From Thermobifida alba (lineage in GTDB: Bacteria > Actinomycetota > Actinomycetes > Streptosporangiales > Streptosporangiaceae), in assembly GCF_023208015.1 (NCBI RefSeq), contig NZ_CP051627.1, positions 3,452,422 to 3,516,421 of the forward strand: 64,000 bases of DNA, given 5' to 3'. Under the pieces are notes generated by a model. That model made no database searches. It was not told the origin of the DNA and saw only the letters and a list, made by a program, of their open reading frames with translations. Shown here in pieces: positions 13,001 to 22,922 of the stretch. The position numbers and the translations under genes are program-made. The first letter of the stretch is position 1, and each line of letters opens with the position of its first letter.

Positions 13001-16000
13001 CAACGGCACCGGACCCGACACCGCCCCGCCGTCCACCCCACCCCCGGCAGCCTCCTCAACCACCGCCACCTCGGCCAACGCCGCCACACACTGCCGCGCG
13101 AACACATCCCGCGACGTCACCACCACACCCTCACGCCGCGCCCGCGCCACCACCTGCAAACTCAGAATCGAATCCCCGCCCAACGCGAAGAAGTTGTCGT
13201 ACACACCAACCCGATCCACCCCCAACACCACCGCGAACACCTCCGCCAACACCCGCTCCACCCCACTACGCGGAGCCACATACTCATCGGTGTCCCGGAC
13301 GTCGGGGGCGGGCAGGGCGGAGCGGTCCACCTTGCCGTTGGCGTTGAGCGGCATCGCGTCGAGGCGGACGAGCACCGAGGGGACCAGGTAGTCGGGCAGC
13401 CTGCCCGCGAGCGCGGCGCGGACGGCTTCGACGTCGGCGTCGGCGCCGACGAGGTAGCCGACGAGTTGGCGCACACCGGTCCCGGGCTCGTGGACCACCA
13501 CGACGGCCTCGTCCACTTCCGGCACCGCCAGCAGCGCGGCCTCGATCTCCCCGGGTTCGACGCGGAACCCGCGGATCTTGAGCTGGTCGTCGGCGCGGCC
13601 GGCGAACTCCAGCTCGCCGTCGGCGTTCCACCGCACCAGGTCCCCGGTCCGGTAGAGCCGCCCACCCGAGGAGAACGGATCCGCCACGAACCGCGACGCG
13701 GTCAGCCCCGGACGACCGTGGTACCCACGCGCCACCCCGGCACCACCCACATACAGCTCACCGACCACCCCCACGGGCACCGGACGCAGAAAACCGTCCA
13801 GCACGTAGACCCGGGTGCCGTCCAGGGGTCCGCCGATCGGCGGCGGCTCCGGGACCCCGCCGCCCCGCGGCAGCGTCGCGGTGGTGGCGTACGTCGTCGT
13901 CTCGGTGGGGCCGTAGACGTTGACCAGGTCCAGGTCCGGGCATGCCCGCGACACCCGTTCCAGGGCCGCCCGGTTGGCGGCCTCCCCTCCGGTCAGCACC
14001 TCGCGCAGCCCCGCGAAGCAGGTCGGCTCCTGGTGGGCGAACAGGTTGAACAGCGAGGTCGTCAGGAACACGCCGGTCACTCCGTGGCGGGCGACCTGGT
14101 CGGCGAAGCCCTCGGGGTCGAGGGTGCCGGGCGGGGCGACGGCCACGGTCCCGCCGGTCAGCAGCGGCGTCCAGATCTCGTAGGTCGCGGCGTCGAACGC
14201 GTGCGAGGAGTGGAACAGGACCCGGTCGTGCGCTCCGCCGCGCCAGCGGTGGTCGCTGGCGAGCGCGGTGATGTCCCCGTGGGTGACGGCCACTCCCTTG
14301 GGGGTGCCGGTGGAGCCGGAGGTGAACATCACGTAGGCGAGGTGGTGCGGCGTGACGGCGGGCAGGTCGGAGCCGTCGGGGAGCGTCTTCTCCCCGACGG
14401 GCCGTCCGGCGCGGTCCAGTGTCAGGACCGGGACGTCCACCTCTGCGGTGACGTGGGCGGAGGCCGCGTCGGTGAGCACGCACGCCGCACCGGTGTCCTC
14501 GACCAGCCAGCGCACCCGCGAGGCGGGGTCGCCCGCGTGTGCGGGGACGTAGGCGCCTCCGGCGCGGAGGACCGCGAGCATCGCCACCACGACGTGGGCG
14601 CCGCGCTCCAGGGCCAGGACGACCGGCGTCTCCACGTCCACGCCCTGGCCGCGTAGCAGTCGGGCCAGCCGGTCGGTGCGGGCGTCGAGTTCGGCGTAGC
14701 TGAGGGCGCCGCCGTCCCAGACCAGGGCGGGCGCGTCGGGCCGTTCGGCGACCTGCGCGGCGAACAGGTCGGTGACCGTGGCCGGGGGTGCGGCCGGGGT
14801 GTCGCCCGCCCAGCGCAGCAGGGTGTCGCGCGCGGCGTCGTCGCTCGGGTCCAGCGCCGCGATCCGCAGGTCGGGGTCGGCCGTCGCGGCGTCGACGATC
14901 CTGTCGAACGCGGCGACGAGCGCCTCGATGCGTTCGGGCCGGTACAGGGCGGTGCTGTACTCGACGGTGAGCCGCAGTCCGCCGTCGCGCTCCTCGAACT
15001 CGAAGACGAGGTCGAAGAGGGCGGAGCGGCGCGGAAGGTCGACGGCGTGGACGTCGAGGCCGGGGAGGTCGAGGTCGCCGGAGTGGGCGTTCTGCAGCAC
15101 CACCAGTGCCTGGAAGAGGGGGGTGCGCGAGGGGTCGCGTTCGTCGACGAGCCGCTCCACCAGCAGGTCGAAGGGCACCTCGTGGGCGAAGGCGTCGAGC
15201 ACGGTGCGGCGGATGTCGGCCAGGAAGGACCGCACCGTCGCCGACCGTTCGGGGGCCGTGCGGATCACCAGCGGGTTGACGAAGAATCCGACGACGTCGT
15301 CGAGCCGGTGGTGGTCGCGTCCGGAGGCCGCGATGCCCAGCGCGACGTCCCGGCTGCCCGAGGCGGCGACGAGCAGCAGGTGGACCAGCGCGGTCAGCGT
15401 CATGAACAGGGTGGCGTCCTCGTTGCGGCCCAGGCGCCGCAGCGCGTCGGTCGCCGCTGGGGAGAGCACGTGCCGGTGGACTGCTCCGGCCGTGGACCGG
15501 ATCTCGGGGCGCGGGTGGTCGGTGGGCAGCTCCAGCACCGGGGGGTCGGCCAGGTGCCGCGACCAGTGGTCGAGGCGCCGGCGGGTCTCGGGAGTGTCGC
15601 GGCGGTCCTGCTCCCAGACGGCGAAGTCGAGGTAGCGCAGTCGCGGTTCGGGCAGCGTGCCGCCGTCGCCGTCGACCCTGCTCCGGTAGAGGGCGGCCAG
15701 GTCGCGGTTGACGACGTCCACCGACCATCCGTCGCTGACGATGTGGTGCGAGCTCAGCACGAGGACGTGCTCGTGTGCGTCCATGCGGACCAGCAGCGCC
15801 CGGAACAGCGGTCCGCGGGCGAGGTCGAAGGGCTGCTGCGTCTCGGCTTCGAGCAGGCGGGCCAGTTCCCGGTCGCGTTCGTGCGCGGGCCGGTCGGACA
15901 GGTCTTCCTCGGTGAGGAGGTCGGCGGCCTCGGGGACGGGGGTGATCCGCTGCAGGGGGTGTCCGTCGACGTCGTCGAAGACGGTCCGCAGCGATGCGTG

Positions 16001-17956
16001 GCGGGCGACCAGGTCGACCAGTGCGGCGCGCAGCGCGGGGACGGACAGCGGTCCGCGCACCCGGTAGGCGGTGCCGGTGTAGTACTCGGTCCCGGTCTGC
16101 TCGTACTGGTCGAGGAACCACAGGCGGCGCTGCGCGGCGGACAGCGGCGCCGGTCCGTCCTCCTCGGTCCGTTCGATGGGGTCGGCTGTCCCGCCGTGCT
16201 CGCGCACGTGCTCGGCGAGCTGGGCGGCGGTCGGGTGGGCGAAGAGGACGCGCCGGTCCAGGGCCGTGCCCAGTCGGGCGTCGATGCGTGACAGCGCGCG
16301 GGCGGCCAGGATGGAGTCGCCGCCGAGGTCGGAGAAGAAGTCGTCCTCGACGCTCACCCGGTCCACCGCGAGGACCGCTGCGAACTCCTCGGCGACGGCC
16401 CGCTCGGTGTCGTCCCGCGGGGCGACGTGGTCGCGTCCGGAGGTGTCGGGGGCGGGCAGGGCGGCACGGTCGATCTTGCCGTTGGCGGTCATGGGCAGGG
16501 CGTCGAGCGGTACCACCGCGGAGGGCACCATGTGGTCGGGCAGGGTCGCGGCCAGGGCCGCGCGCACCTCGTCGGGGTCGACCCGGGTGTCGGGGGCGAC
16601 GACGTAGCCGACCAGGCGGCGCACGCCCGGACGGTCCTCGCGGACGGTGACCACGGCGTGGCGGACCCCGGGCAGGGCGGTGAGCGCGGTCTCGACCTCC
16701 CCCGGCTCGACCCGGAACCCGCGGATCTTGACCTGGTCGTCCACACGCCCCAGGAACTCCAGCTCACCGTCGGCACGCACCCGCACCAGATCCCCCGACC
16801 GGTACATCCGGGCCCCGGGAGGACCGAAGGGATCAGCCACGAACCGCGACGCGGTCAACCCCGACCGACCGTGGTACCCACGCGCCACCCCCTCCCCCGC
16901 GATGTACAACTCCCCCGACACCCCCGCACCCACCGGACGCAGCGCGTCGTCCAGGACGTACACCGAGGTGCCGTCGACGGCCCGGCCGATCGGGGGGCGT
17001 CCGGCGCCGCTGAGGGGGGCGCTCATGGTGGCGCACACGGTCGTCTCGGTGGGGCCGTAGCCGTTGAACACGCACCGTCCCCGCGACCACAGGTCGACGA
17101 GTTCCCCGGGGCACGCCTCACCCGCGACCATCAGCGACTCCAGGTCGTCCAGTCCTTCGGGGGAGAGGCCGGGCAGGACCGCGGGCGGCAGGGTGACGTG
17201 GGTGATGCGGTGCCCGCGCAGGGTCCGCACCAGCGCGTCGCCGAGGAGCCGTTCCCTGGGCTGCACCACCAGGGCCGCACCATTGAGCAGGGCCATGCAC
17301 ACCTCGAACACCGAGGCGTCGAAGCTGGGCGAGGCGAACTGCAGCACCCGGGAGTCGGAACGCACCCGCATGCGGACCCTCTGGGTACGGGCCAGGGCGG
17401 CGATGCCGCGGTGGGTCACCACCACCCCCTTGGGGGTCCCGGTGGAACCGGACGTGTAGATGACGTAGGCCGCGTCGTCCAGGCCGAGGTCGAACCGCGG
17501 GGCCGGGGCGGACGCGGCGGGCTCTCCGGTGAACACACGCGTTCCGTCGAGGAGCGTCCCCTTCCGGGCGGGGTCCGTGACGACCAGCGCCGCAGCGGAG
17601 TCGCGGAGCATGAACTCCAGGCGCTGCCGGGGATAGGCCGGGTCGAGGGGCAGGTAGGCACCGCCCGCCCGCATCACGGCGAGCAGGGCGACCACCAGCT
17701 CCGTCCCGCGCTCCAGGCACACCCCGACCCGGTCACCGCGGCCCACGCCCGCCTCGGCCAGCGCGCCGGCCAGTCGTTCGACGCGCTCGTGCAGTTCTCC
17801 GTAGGTCAGAGTCCCGGTCTCGGACACCAGCGCCACCGCGTCCGGGTTGCGTCGCGCCTGCGCGGCGAACAGTTCCGGCAGCGGCCGCGGCGCCTCGGGG
17901 GCGTCCGCGGGGCGGTTGGCACGGTCGGATTCCTGGAAGGACGGCACGGATCCCAC
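4073..17956 (-). CDS. Four-module non-ribosomal peptide synthetase (4627 aa): A-T | C(LCL)-A-T-E | C(DCL)-A-T-E | C(DCL)-A-T. No TE domain.
   Basis: Track ORF. Read from the protein: adenylation cores ([31 protein letters not shown]), PCP GGDS motifs, two epimerization domains ([10 protein letters not shown]..., [10 protein letters not shown]), DCL condensation starts ([13 protein letters not shown]) after each E, and LCL start ([11 protein letters not shown]) after the E-less module 1. Ends in a PCP (...[13 protein letters not shown]...EMTD*). Confidence 0.95.
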   Translation of the reverse strand: MGSVPSFQESDRANRPADAPEAPRPLPELFAAQARRNPDAVALVSETGTLTYGELHERVERLAGALAEAGVGRGDRVGVCLERGTELVVALLAVMRAGGAYLPLDPAYPRQRLEFMLRDSAAALVVTDPARKGTLLDGTRVFTGEPAASAPAPRFDLGLDDAAYVIYTSGSTGTPKGVVVTHRGIAALARTQRVRMRVRSDSRVLQFASPSFDASVFEVCMALLNGAALVVQPRERLLGDALVRTLRGHRITHVTLPPAVLPGLSPEGLDDLESLMVAGEACPGELVDLWSRGRCVFNGYGPTETTVCATMSAPLSGAGRPPIGRAVDGTSVYVLDDALRPVGAGVSGELYIAGEGVARGYHGRSGLTASRFVADPFGPPGARMYRSGDLVRVRADGELEFLGRVDDQVKIRGFRVEPGEVETALTALPGVRHAVVTVREDRPGVRRLVGYVVAPDTRVDPDEVRAALAATLPDHMVPSAVVPLDALPMTANGKIDRAALPAPDTSGRDHVAPRDDTERAVAEEFAAVLAVDRVSVEDDFFSDLGGDSILAARALSRIDARLGTALDRRVLFAHPTAAQLAEHVREHGGTADPIERTEEDGPAPLSAAQRRLWFLDQYEQTGTEYYTGTAYRVRGPLSVPALRAALVDLVARHASLRTVFDDVDGHPLQRITPVPEAADLLTEEDLSDRPAHERDRELARLLEAETQQPFDLARGPLFRALLVRMDAHEHVLVLSSHHIVSDGWSVDVVNRDLAALYRSRVDGDGGTLPEPRLRYLDFAVWEQDRRDTPETRRRLDHWSRHLADPPVLELPTDHPRPEIRSTAGAVHRHVLSPAATDALRRLGRNEDATLFMTLTALVHLLLVAASGSRDVALGIAASGRDHHRLDDVVGFFVNPLVIRTAPERSATVRSFLADIRRTVLDAFAHEVPFDLLVERLVDERDPSRTPLFQALVVLQNAHSGDLDLPGLDVHAVDLPRRSALFDLVFEFEERDGGLRLTVEYSTALYRPERIEALVAAFDRIVDAATADPDLRIAALDPSDDAARDTLLRWAGDTPAAPPATVTDLFAAQVAERPDAPALVWDGGALSYAELDARTDRLARLLRGQGVDVETPVVLALERGAHVVVAMLAVLRAGGAYVPAHAGDPASRVRWLVEDTGAACVLTDAASAHVTAEVDVPVLTLDRAGRPVGEKTLPDGSDLPAVTPHHLAYVMFTSGSTGTPKGVAVTHGDITALASDHRWRGGAHDRVLFHSSHAFDAATYEIWTPLLTGGTVAVAPPGTLDPEGFADQVARHGVTGVFLTTSLFNLFAHQEPTCFAGLREVLTGGEAANRAALERVSRACPDLDLVNVYGPTETTTYATTATLPRGGGVPEPPPIGGPLDGTRVYVLDGFLRPVPVGVVGELYVGGAGVARGYHGRPGLTASRFVADPFSSGGRLYRTGDLVRWNADGELEFAGRADDQLKIRGFRVEPGEIEAALLAVPEVDEAVVVVHEPGTGVRQLVGYLVGADADVEAVRAALAGRLPDYLVPSVLVRLDAMPLNANGKVDRSALPAPDVRDTDEYVAPRSGVERVLAEVFAVVLGVDRVGVYDNFFALGGDSILSLQVVARARREGVVVTSRDVFARQCVAALAEVAVVEEAAGGGVDGGAVSGPVPLTPIMRWFFDVYAAGVDHFAMSVLVDLVEGVDREALGVAVAALADRHAMLRLRADGDRAWLPAEPADLTLETVDLSGLAPEQADEALQTRIHQVHASLSPAKGPVVRAVVFDGGVRGARLLLAAHHLVVDGVSWRVLLEDLAAGYRSAVAGEPVDLGAGSTAFAEWARRLVEFTAAGGFDTELDHWTAVAAGAEPDVPLDTDLPAPGGRTATAATQRTVTVEVPSPAVEGLLRGAASVFRARVDDVLLAALGRVLCGWTGAGRVLVDVEGHGREELFDGVDVSRTVGWFTSVYPVALEDDADPVVLLKRTKEALRAVPNRGVGFGALRYLGGERAREVLGRVPVPAVGFNYLGRFDTESDNGPVAGLTLNPGGEYAPDSPRPHVLDVVGRVVEDRLVFDWIYSEALHDRETVVAVAERFVAEVVALVELCRSGGVGGATPSDFPLVALDQARVDRLVGDGRGVVDVLPLTPMQEGMLFHSLLEPDSAAYLEQVVVELSGVDDVERLAGAWRRVIRATPVLRTTVVWEGLDSPVQVVHRSTEPEVRVHDLSDHDADSRRAHLEQYLAADRAEGMDTWSRPPVRVGLVRLAGGRVVVVWTFHHLLLDGWSLPLVLSDVFAAYAGEELPRRRPFADHLEWLSGRDTESGLAYWRRVLEGVEGPTALPYDQAPRDVRTARSTARIEHHLPQQDTAALHRFARTHRMTVNTLVQGAWALVLSAWSGQRDVVFGATTSGRRAEVAGMDSAVGLFINTLPVRVGVEPGVPVVRWLRALQEAQLEAREYDHVPLHRIQAETLGAQTPLFDSLVVFENYPVDTEAARAHGITVERVDADEATNYPLTLAAYDGDHIRLHLRYDPSAFHADTARQLLDRVARLLRELTADPGRGLAALPLQDPDERARVLTEWNADPGPLRAQTLVDLFAAQAAERPDAPALVWDGGALSYAELDAAADRFADRLAALGVGRGSVVGVCLERGPDLVTALLAAVRIGAVYLPLDPDYPADRLAFMVDDSGTDTVVTGDDALDLPAGVRRVTLSDPADAPPRAPRPDLTLDDAAYLIYTSGSTGTPKGVVVTHRGIAELAAAMRDRFGTEPGFRVLQLASASFDASVMEVLMAFGAGAALVLPPPGGLVGDDLADVLRDHRVNLTIIPPSVLATVPEGDFPDLRTLVVGAEACSADLVRRWAPGRRMVNAYGPTEITVAATLSGPLAPGRTPPIGSPILGTRVYVLDGFLRPVPVGVVGELYVGGAGVARGYHGRPGLTASRFVADPFSSGGRLYRTGDLVRWNADGELEFAGRADDQVKVRGVRIELGEVEAALTALPGVRQAVAVVRSDHRNASRLVGYVVAEAETELDAAELRSALTASLPPAMVPDSVLVLDTVPVTRNGKVDRSALPEPDWNANAADEYVAPRSGVERVLAEVFAVVLGVDRVGVYDNFFALGGDSILSLQVVARARREGVVVTSRDVFARQCVAALAEVAVVEEAAGGGVDGGAVSGPVPLTPIMRWFFDVYAAGVDHFAMSVLVDLVEGVDREALGVAVAALADRHAMLRLRVEDGAARIDDAAAAPAVETVTLDAADDPDTVIAETAARVEAELSLTDGPVVRAVVFDGGVRGARLLLAAHHLVVDGVSWRVLLEDLAAGYRSAVAGEPVDLGAGSTAFAEWARRLVEFTAAGGFDTELDHWTAVAADDAEAEVPVDADGANTVSTQRTVSVALPPDVVEGLLRGAASVFRARVDDVLLAALGRVLCGWTGAGRVLVDVEGHGREELFDGVDVSRTVGWFTSVYPVALEDDADPVVLLKRTKEALRAVPNRGVGFGALRYLGGERAREVLGRVPVPAVGFNYLGRFDTATGTPFTSAVLRGTQDPDHPRAHLIDVVGRHDGDRLVFDWAYSHEIHDRETVVAVAERFVAEVVALVELCRSGGVGGATPSDFPLVALDQARVDRLVGDGRGVVDVLPLTPMQEGMLFHSLLEPDSAAYLEQVVVELSGVDDVERLAGAWRRVIRATPVLRTTVVWEGLDSPVQVVHQNREASVTVHDRRHCDRDTALREFLAEDRAREFRLADEPPVRVGLVRLAGGRVVVVWTFHHLLLDGWSLPLVLSDVFAAYAGEELPRRRPFADHLEWLSGRDTESGLAYWRRVLEGVEGPTALPYDQAPRDVRTARSTARLPRELSVEQTRRLRDFARSRRITLNTLVQGAWALVLSAWSGQRDVVFGATTSGRRAEVAGMDSAVGLFINTLPVRVGVEPGVPVVRWLRALQEAQLEAREYDHVPLHRIQAETLGAQTPLFDSLVVFENYPVDTEAARAHGITVERVDADEATNYPLTLAAYDGDHIRLLLGHDPSAFHTDTAHRLLSDLVDVLAGLAADPDAPLGRLRRTTAAPGPDVVHGPQAQPPTRSVTDLFAAQAAERPDAPALVWDGGALSYAELDAAADRFAARLRGHGVGREDRVLLLMPRSPRTVVAMLAVLKTGAAYVPVHVDFPPDRIARVLTDTGARAAVVDPDLRDRLPGEPAVPVVEFGPRTPQGPDPGPAADTVPVSPATAAYTMFTSGSTGVPKGVVVDHGNIVALARDRHWTSGHERVLWHSPHAFDAATYEIWAPLLGGGTVVVAPPDDVTADTLRRCVRDHGVTAVFLTTALFNLFAQQDPGCFTGLREVWTGGEAAHPASFAKVLAACPDTEVVHVYGPTETTTFATCTPISAAEAEHGAAPIGRPMDGTRAHVLDDFLHPVPVGAVGELYLAGHGTARGYEGRPGLTAERFVADPFTPGGRLYRTGDLVRWNADGRIEFLGRADGQIKLRGHRIELGEIENALAACPGVAHAAAAVVDTPSGSRTLVGYLVPEPGAAPDPDAVTAELARSLPAYMVPATLLLLDELPLNRNGKVDRRALPRPDGSSAAPYEPPETVTEEVVAQLWAEALGRERVGARDNFFDIGGDSVAGIRVVSGIESAFGVRVPTRTVFDHPTLREFAAAVEEAVLKEMTD
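5700..8805. repeat. Intragenic direct repeat copy 1 (NRPS module 3→4 junction: T-E-DCL C plus A-domain N-terminus). Near-identical to 10150..13289.
   Basis: Identical ORF-track translations at a constant ~4446-bp offset (6046..6390 vs 10492..10836 are 100% identical; 6387..7022 vs 10833..11477; 7542..8030 vs 12006..12509; 8271..8987 vs 12732..13391). Short divergent islands at ~5815-5990 and ~7880-7990. Confidence 0.85.
10150..13289. repeat. Intragenic direct repeat copy 2 (NRPS module 2→3 junction).
   Basis: See copy 1. Nucleotide strings such as ggcggacgggtcgtggccgagcagcaggcggatgtggtcgccgtcgtaggcggccagggtcaggggatagttggtggcctcgtc occur at both 6000-6080 and 10440-10520. Confidence 0.85.
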
Positions 17957-18040
17957 TCCTGTCGGATCTTGGGCGGGCGGAAACGGGGACGGGCAGGAGG
18001 AGGGGCCGCCACGGGGCGGCCCTTCGCGGGGAGGAGGCGC

Positions 18041-19465
18041 TCAGGCCGCGGTGGCCTGGTCGGTGCGGCGCAGGGTGCGGCCGTTGTACTGCATGAGTTC
18101 GACCGTGTCGGCGGAGTCGGGGGCGCGCAGGAAGCGGCCGCTGAGCAGGAGGCCGCCGTACTCGGCCGCTTCGACGCTGAAGGTGAGGTCGGGCCCGGCC
18201 TCCAGGCTGCCGTGGAGGCCGTTGGAGATGTTGAAGCGGAAGGCGCCGGCCTGGTCGGGGGTGATCCGCACCGACAGTTCTCCGTTGGTGTAGTTGCCGG
18301 TGAACCGCGCGTCGGGCAGGGACGTGCCGGACGCGGGCCTCGGCTGGCGGTAGTGGCCGACGTGCAGTCCGAGGTTGCGCAGCTCGTCGACCAGGTCCTC
18401 CCACATCGCCAGGCCGGTGGTGGAGTTGGTGGTGAGCGCGACCGCGGCCCCGCCCGCCGGATCGAGGCGCACGTTGCAGGTGCCGCCGTCGAGGGTGCCG
18501 TCGTGGCCGAGCCAGCGGGTCCGGTCCGCGTGGAAGACTCCCCAGCCCGCGCACCATCCGTCGGCCAGGCCGAACGGCTCGGCGGCGCGGACCTCGCGTC
18601 CCATCTCCGCGAGCACCTCGGGGTCGGCGATCTCGGTGTCGAGTGCGGCGTGGTCGGCGGCCATGAACGCGCGCGCGAAGGCGACGAGGTCGGTGGCGCT
18701 GCCCGCGAGGCCGCCCGCGGCGGTGAGGGCGGGCTCGACGTAGAAGTCGACCGGTTCGGTGTGTCCGGTCGCGGAGTGCACCGCGTGGCCGCTGACGGTG
18801 TCGGGGCGGGCGGAGGGGGTGCGCGCGTCGTGGACGAAGGCCAGGTCCAGGCCGGTCGGGCCGAACAGGTAGGACTCGATGGCCTCCCACCAGTCCTGGC
18901 CGGTCACGGCCTCCACGACGTAGGCGGCGACCGCGTAGCCGGTGTTGGAGTAGGAGAACGCGGTCCCCGGCGTGCTGATCCACTCGGTGTCCAGGACCGA
19001 GGTGAAGTGGCGGCGCAGTGACGCCGAGCGGAGCGGGGCGCCCTCGTGGTCGGAGACCAGCCCCGAGGTGTGGCTGAGCAGGTGGCGGAGGGTGGTCGAG
19101 CGCATCGGGTGGCCGTGGGGGATCTGGTGGGACGCCAGGTGGTCGGCGACGGGACGGTCGAGTTCGATCTCGCCGTCCTCGACCAGCTGCATGACCAGGG
19201 CCGCGGTGAAGATCTTGCTGACCGATCCGTAGGGGAAGCGGGAGCGGGGGGTGACCGGGTCCGGTCGTCCGGTCCGCGTCACGCCGTGGACCGCTTCGAG
19301 CAACTCTCCGTCCAGGTACACCGCGAGCTGAGCGCCGGGGACCCGATGCCGTTCAGCGAGCTTCTCCAACAGGCCAGAAATCCGGTCGAGTTCCACTCTC
19401 TCCCCCTGAAGAGCATGTGAGCGATCGAGTATTTCCTCTGATCTCCACGTGGTATAGACACACAT
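18041..19465 (-). CDS. β-lactamase/PBP-fold serine hydrolase (class C / DD-peptidase family). Candidate PBP-type trans thioesterase/peptide cyclase (SurE/DsaJ-like) of the NRPS operon. Exact start codon uncertain.
   Basis: Track ORF. SxxK motif (GSVSKIF), YSN motif (FSYSNTGY), and a C-terminal extension after the catalytic domain. Same strand and 84 bp upstream of the TE-less NRPS. Low-GC promoter-like region directly upstream (19400-19560). Confidence 0.8.
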   Translation of the reverse strand: MCVYTTWRSEEILDRSHALQGERVELDRISGLLEKLAERHRVPGAQLAVYLDGELLEAVHGVTRTGRPDPVTPRSRFPYGSVSKIFTAALVMQLVEDGEIELDRPVADHLASHQIPHGHPMRSTTLRHLLSHTSGLVSDHEGAPLRSASLRRHFTSVLDTEWISTPGTAFSYSNTGYAVAAYVVEAVTGQDWWEAIESYLFGPTGLDLAFVHDARTPSARPDTVSGHAVHSATGHTEPVDFYVEPALTAAGGLAGSATDLVAFARAFMAADHAALDTEIADPEVLAEMGREVRAAEPFGLADGWCAGWGVFHADRTRWLGHDGTLDGGTCNVRLDPAGGAAVALTTNSTTGLAMWEDLVDELRNLGLHVGHYRQPRPASGTSLPDARFTGNYTNGELSVRITPDQAGAFRFNISNGLHGSLEAGPDLTFSVEAAEYGGLLLSGRFLRAPDSADTVELMQYNGRTLRRTDQATAA

Positions 19466-20199
19466 AACCGAGTTGGTAGAGCTTGCCCTACCTCGTCCAG
19501 AGAATCAGCTACACCAGGCCGAATATGCAAGCGCATTCAGGTGTAGACCGAAACACGCAGGTGGGAGAGCGTGAACGTCATTCGGGATGACAAAGGCATC
19601 GCGCGGTGCTTCGTCTCGCACAGTCCGGTGTGTTCGGCGGGAATCCCGGTTTCCTTTCCGAACGTCCCGGGGATTCCGGTCCGCCGATCCGTCAGGAGCG
19701 GCGCCTGCGGAAGGAGAAGTGGTGTCCTCCGAGAACGGGTTCGCCTTCGAATTCTCTTCGTAATCCGCCGCCCTCGTTCCACCGGCCGCGCCGGAACGTC
19801 TTCGGGAAGGGCGGACAGCGGTTCGGGGGATTCGTTTTCACCGCTCCGGCAGCCGCTGCCCCGGCTGTCGCGGCGCGGGGACCGCCCCGGCCCCGGTTCG
19901 GCCGGTGGGCTCTGCACGGGTCCCGCCCGGGAGGAGCACCGCGTCCCACTGCCCACCTCGACCACGTGTTTCACCGAGGTCCGCGGTGGTCACCCGCCGG
20001 TGAGCGCAGCGCCTCCGGTGTGATTGATCTCTCATCGGCCCGTCCCCTGGCGGCGGGCACCGTGCGGCGCAGGGCCGTCATGCCGCCGGCGGGCACGGCC
20101 GGGAAAGGAACTCGCGGAACCGGCCCTTCTCGAACACACTCGTGGCCGTCGGTGCGGTGAGCGGACCTGAACGGCGGGCCGAAACCCGCGCGCGGAAAG

Positions 20200-20218
20200 G
20201 ATACGGATTATCCGTATC
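20200..20218. promoter_or_regulatory. 19-bp AT-rich perfect palindrome GATACGGAT-T-ATCCGTATC (candidate transcription-factor operator) in a 1.1-kb non-coding region.
   Basis: The sequence is its own reverse complement apart from the central base. It is conspicuously AT-rich within >70% GC DNA. Confidence 0.4.
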
Positions 20219-20600
20219 AGGGCTACGGCGCTGCCGAAACCGATGGTGGGGGGAGAGTTCACTCCTGACGGAACTCCCGAAGCCGATGGGAAGAGCGTCG
20301 GACAGCCCCGGAGTAGATCTTCGGAACACCGGTCAGTGAGCACAGGAAATCTCTGTGTACGTTTCGGTCCGGGTCCGTGGTGAATTCACGGAATACCGCT
20401 GCCGGGCGCGGTGTCCGCTCCGACTGGAAGCGAAATGGGAATTTCGTTCGGCGTCCCCGGGGCCGTCGTGCGACCGCCGGCCTTCACGCGGGGCCGCCCG
20501 TTCGGAGGCGTTCCGCTCCGGAATGGGCGGGGAGAATCCGGAACCGGGTGCGTTGAATTCCGTCGCGGAGCGGCCGCCGGTCAGTGGAGAGCCGCCGTGC

Positions 20601-20843
20601 TCACCTGCGGTGCCGCACGTGGTGGACGACCAGCAGCATGATGCACGCGACGGTGACCAGGCCGAACGCCGGAGCCACCAGGAGGGGGAACCCGCCGAAC
20701 GAGGTGACGGCGTTTCCCACCGCGCTGATGATCAGCACCGCCCACAGCAGGGCACGCAGCATCCTGCCGTCGCCGCGGCGGTCGTTCCGGCGGCCACCGG
20801 GACCGGAGGCCGGGGTCCGGTCGAGGCGGTACGGGTCTGTCAT
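20601..20843 (-). CDS. Small two-TM membrane protein (80 aa), hypothetical.
   Basis: MTDPYRLDRTP...MLRALLWAVLIISAVGNAVTSFGGFPLLVAPAFGLVTVACIMLLVVHHVRHRR. ATG at 20841-20843 preceded by GGAG. Two hydrophobic helices. Confidence 0.6.
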   Translation of the reverse strand: MTDPYRLDRTPASGPGGRRNDRRGDGRMLRALLWAVLIISAVGNAVTSFGGFPLLVAPAFGLVTVACIMLLVVHHVRHRR

Positions 20844-21317
20844 GGACACTCCACGGATAGGGGGTCGTCGAGGGAGCGGGGGTTCGCCGGCCTTCCGGCG
20901 CACGGTCCGTGCGTCCTCGTCCGCGCGCTCCGGGACTCCGTCACGTCCTCACGGAGTCCGCTGCGACACCGGAGCGGCCCCGCATCGGCCACAGTCAGTG
21001 AGCAACCGCTACTCCCTCTTCCGCACGGCCTCGCGCTCCAAACGGAGACAAAGGAAATTTTCCTGTGGCGTATGACACATGAACTTTCTGTGCCTCGCCG
21101 CGGGAAGGAACCGGCCGCGCCCCGACCGCCCGGGCGAGCCCCGCCATCGGAGCCTTCGGGCCGGGCGGGAACCCGGTGGCCGCCGCGTCCGCCGCACCCC
21201 GCCGTTGCCACGAACAGGTCCCCGACTGTCCCGCGCCTCCCTCCGGAGGAGTGCGGTGTGGGGCGGGGTACGGCGGACGCGATTCCGCCCCACCGGCGCC
21301 CCGGCCGGCGGCGGCCC

Positions 21318-21852
21318 CGGTGGTGAAGCCGGTGCGCCGATCGCGGAAGCGCATCCTGGCGAGGGTGCGGGCGGCGCTGGGGGACGTGCCGCGCGGCGAG
21401 GAGCCGGAGGAGGTCGCGGTACCGCGCGGCCGGGCCGCCGCGGACGGACTGGTGGACCTGTTCGTGGACCGTCTGGAGCACTACCGGGCGCGCCCGCACC
21501 GGGTGCGCGCCGCCGACCTGCCCGAGGCGGTCGCGGCGGCGCTGCGGCGGCGCGGGGCCGAACGGGCGGCGGTGCCCGCCGACCTGCCCGGGGCGTGGAC
21601 GGAGCGGACCGGGACCGGACTGGTCGTCGACGCCGACCTCGACCTGGCCGTGCTGGACGCGGTGGACGGCGTGGTCACCGGATGCGCGGTGGCCGTCGCC
21701 GAGACCGGCACGATCGTGCTGGACGGGGGGCGGCCCAGGGGCGGCGGGCGCTGACACTGGTGCCCGACCACCACCTGTGCGTGGTGCGCGCCGACCAGAT
21801 CGTCGCGGACGTGCCCGACGCGGTGGCGCGGCTGTCCCCACCCGCCCGCTGA
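21318..21852 (+). pseudogene. LutC/LUD-domain (lactate-utilization protein C-like, DUF162) gene interrupted by a 1-bp frameshift in a G6 run (~21735-21745).
   Basis: The frame of ORF 21176..21754 gives ...[17 protein letters not shown]...[27 protein letters not shown]. The -1 frame continues ...[39 protein letters not shown] (end of ORF 21079..21852), matching the conserved LutC C-terminus. The join lies in gacggggggcgg. Confidence 0.55.
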
Positions 21853-22022
21853 CCCGGATCAGCGGCCCCTCGGCCACCAGCGACATCGAACTCGACCGGG
21901 TGGAGGGGGTGCCCGGTCCCCGCGCCCTGGCGGTCCTGGTCGTCACCTCCCCCGAACGGCTGTGACGGCAGGGGCTATCCTGCGCGCCCGGAAGACCCCA
22001 TGCCGTCGAGATCCCCGGAGGG

Positions 22023-22922
22023 GTGCGGGTGAACCTCGAACTGCTGCGCACGTTCCTCGCCGTCCACCGCGCGGGCTCGTTCACCAGGGCCGCCGCCGCG
22101 CTGGGCGTGTCCCAGCCCACCGTCACCGCGCAGATCCGGACGTTGGAGAAGGAGCTGGGCCGGCAGCTGTTCGTCCGCCACCCGGGCGGGGTGAGCCCCA
22201 CCGGCCCGGCCGACCAGCTGGCCCGGCGGGTCGCCCCGCACCTGGACGGGCTGGCGGCGGTCGTGGAGACCGAGGTGCGGCGGCGTCCGCTGTCCGAGCA
22301 GCCGGTGCACCTCGGCGGACCGGCCGAGCTGCTCGCCGCGCGCGTCCTGCCCGCGCTCGCCCCGCTGGTGGACCGGGGGCTGCGGCTGCGGGTGGTCCCG
22401 GGCCTGCCGGAGCCGCTGCTGGACGGCCTGCTCGCGGGCCGCCACGACCTGGTGCTGTGCACCGTGCCGCCGCGGCGGCGCGGGGTGTCGGCCACTCCCC
22501 TGGTGGACGAGGAGTTCCTGCTGGTGGGCCACCCCGACTGGGTGGACCGGCTGCCCGGGGACGTTGCGGCGGACGGCGGCGCGGCGCTGGACGACGTGCC
22601 GGTCGTCGCCTACGCCGAGGAGCTGCCGATCGTCCGCCGCTACTGGCTGACCGTGTTCGAGCGGCGTCCGCCGATGCGGGCCGCCGTCGTGGTGCCGGAC
22701 CTGCGGGCCGTGCTGTCCGCGGTCACCGCCGGAGCGGGGATCAGCGTCCTGCCCGACTACCTCGTCTCCGGGGCGCTGGCCCGGGGCGAGCTGGCCGTGC
22801 TGCACCGCCCCGAGCTGCCGCCGCTCAACACCGTGCACCTGGCCGTGCGTGCGGGGACGCTCGCCCTGCCGCACGTGCGGGCGGTGCACGAGAGGCTCCT
22901 GGCCGGGGTCGGGGGACGGTAG
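22023..22922 (+). CDS. LysR-family transcriptional regulator.
   Basis: N-terminal HTH LELLRTFLAVHRAGSFTRAAAALGVSQPTVTAQIRTLEKELG. LysR substrate-binding-domain-like remainder. GTG start. Confidence 0.85.
   Translation: MRVNLELLRTFLAVHRAGSFTRAAAALGVSQPTVTAQIRTLEKELGRQLFVRHPGGVSPTGPADQLARRVAPHLDGLAAVVETEVRRRPLSEQPVHLGGPAELLAARVLPALAPLVDRGLRLRVVPGLPEPLLDGLLAGRHDLVLCTVPPRRRGVSATPLVDEEFLLVGHPDWVDRLPGDVAADGGAALDDVPVVAYAEELPIVRRYWLTVFERRPPMRAAVVVPDLRAVLSAVTAGAGISVLPDYLVSGALARGELAVLHRPELPPLNTVHLAVRAGTLALPHVRAVHERLLAGVGGR

Noticed and set aside
5693-14656. 2987-aa '+' ORF (also 3626..5650, 15047..16291, 16427..19021 '+')
   Set aside because: Antisense shadow frames of the 4627-aa NRPS. Composition dominated by R/G/P/H/Q. 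The real protein on the minus strand has a complete, ordered set of A/T/C/E motifs.
20840-22495. 551-aa minus ORF and other long ORFs across 20.3-22.0 kb
   Set aside because: R/G/P-rich nonsense. The region instead contains a small membrane protein (minus) and a LutC-like gene (plus) in other frames.
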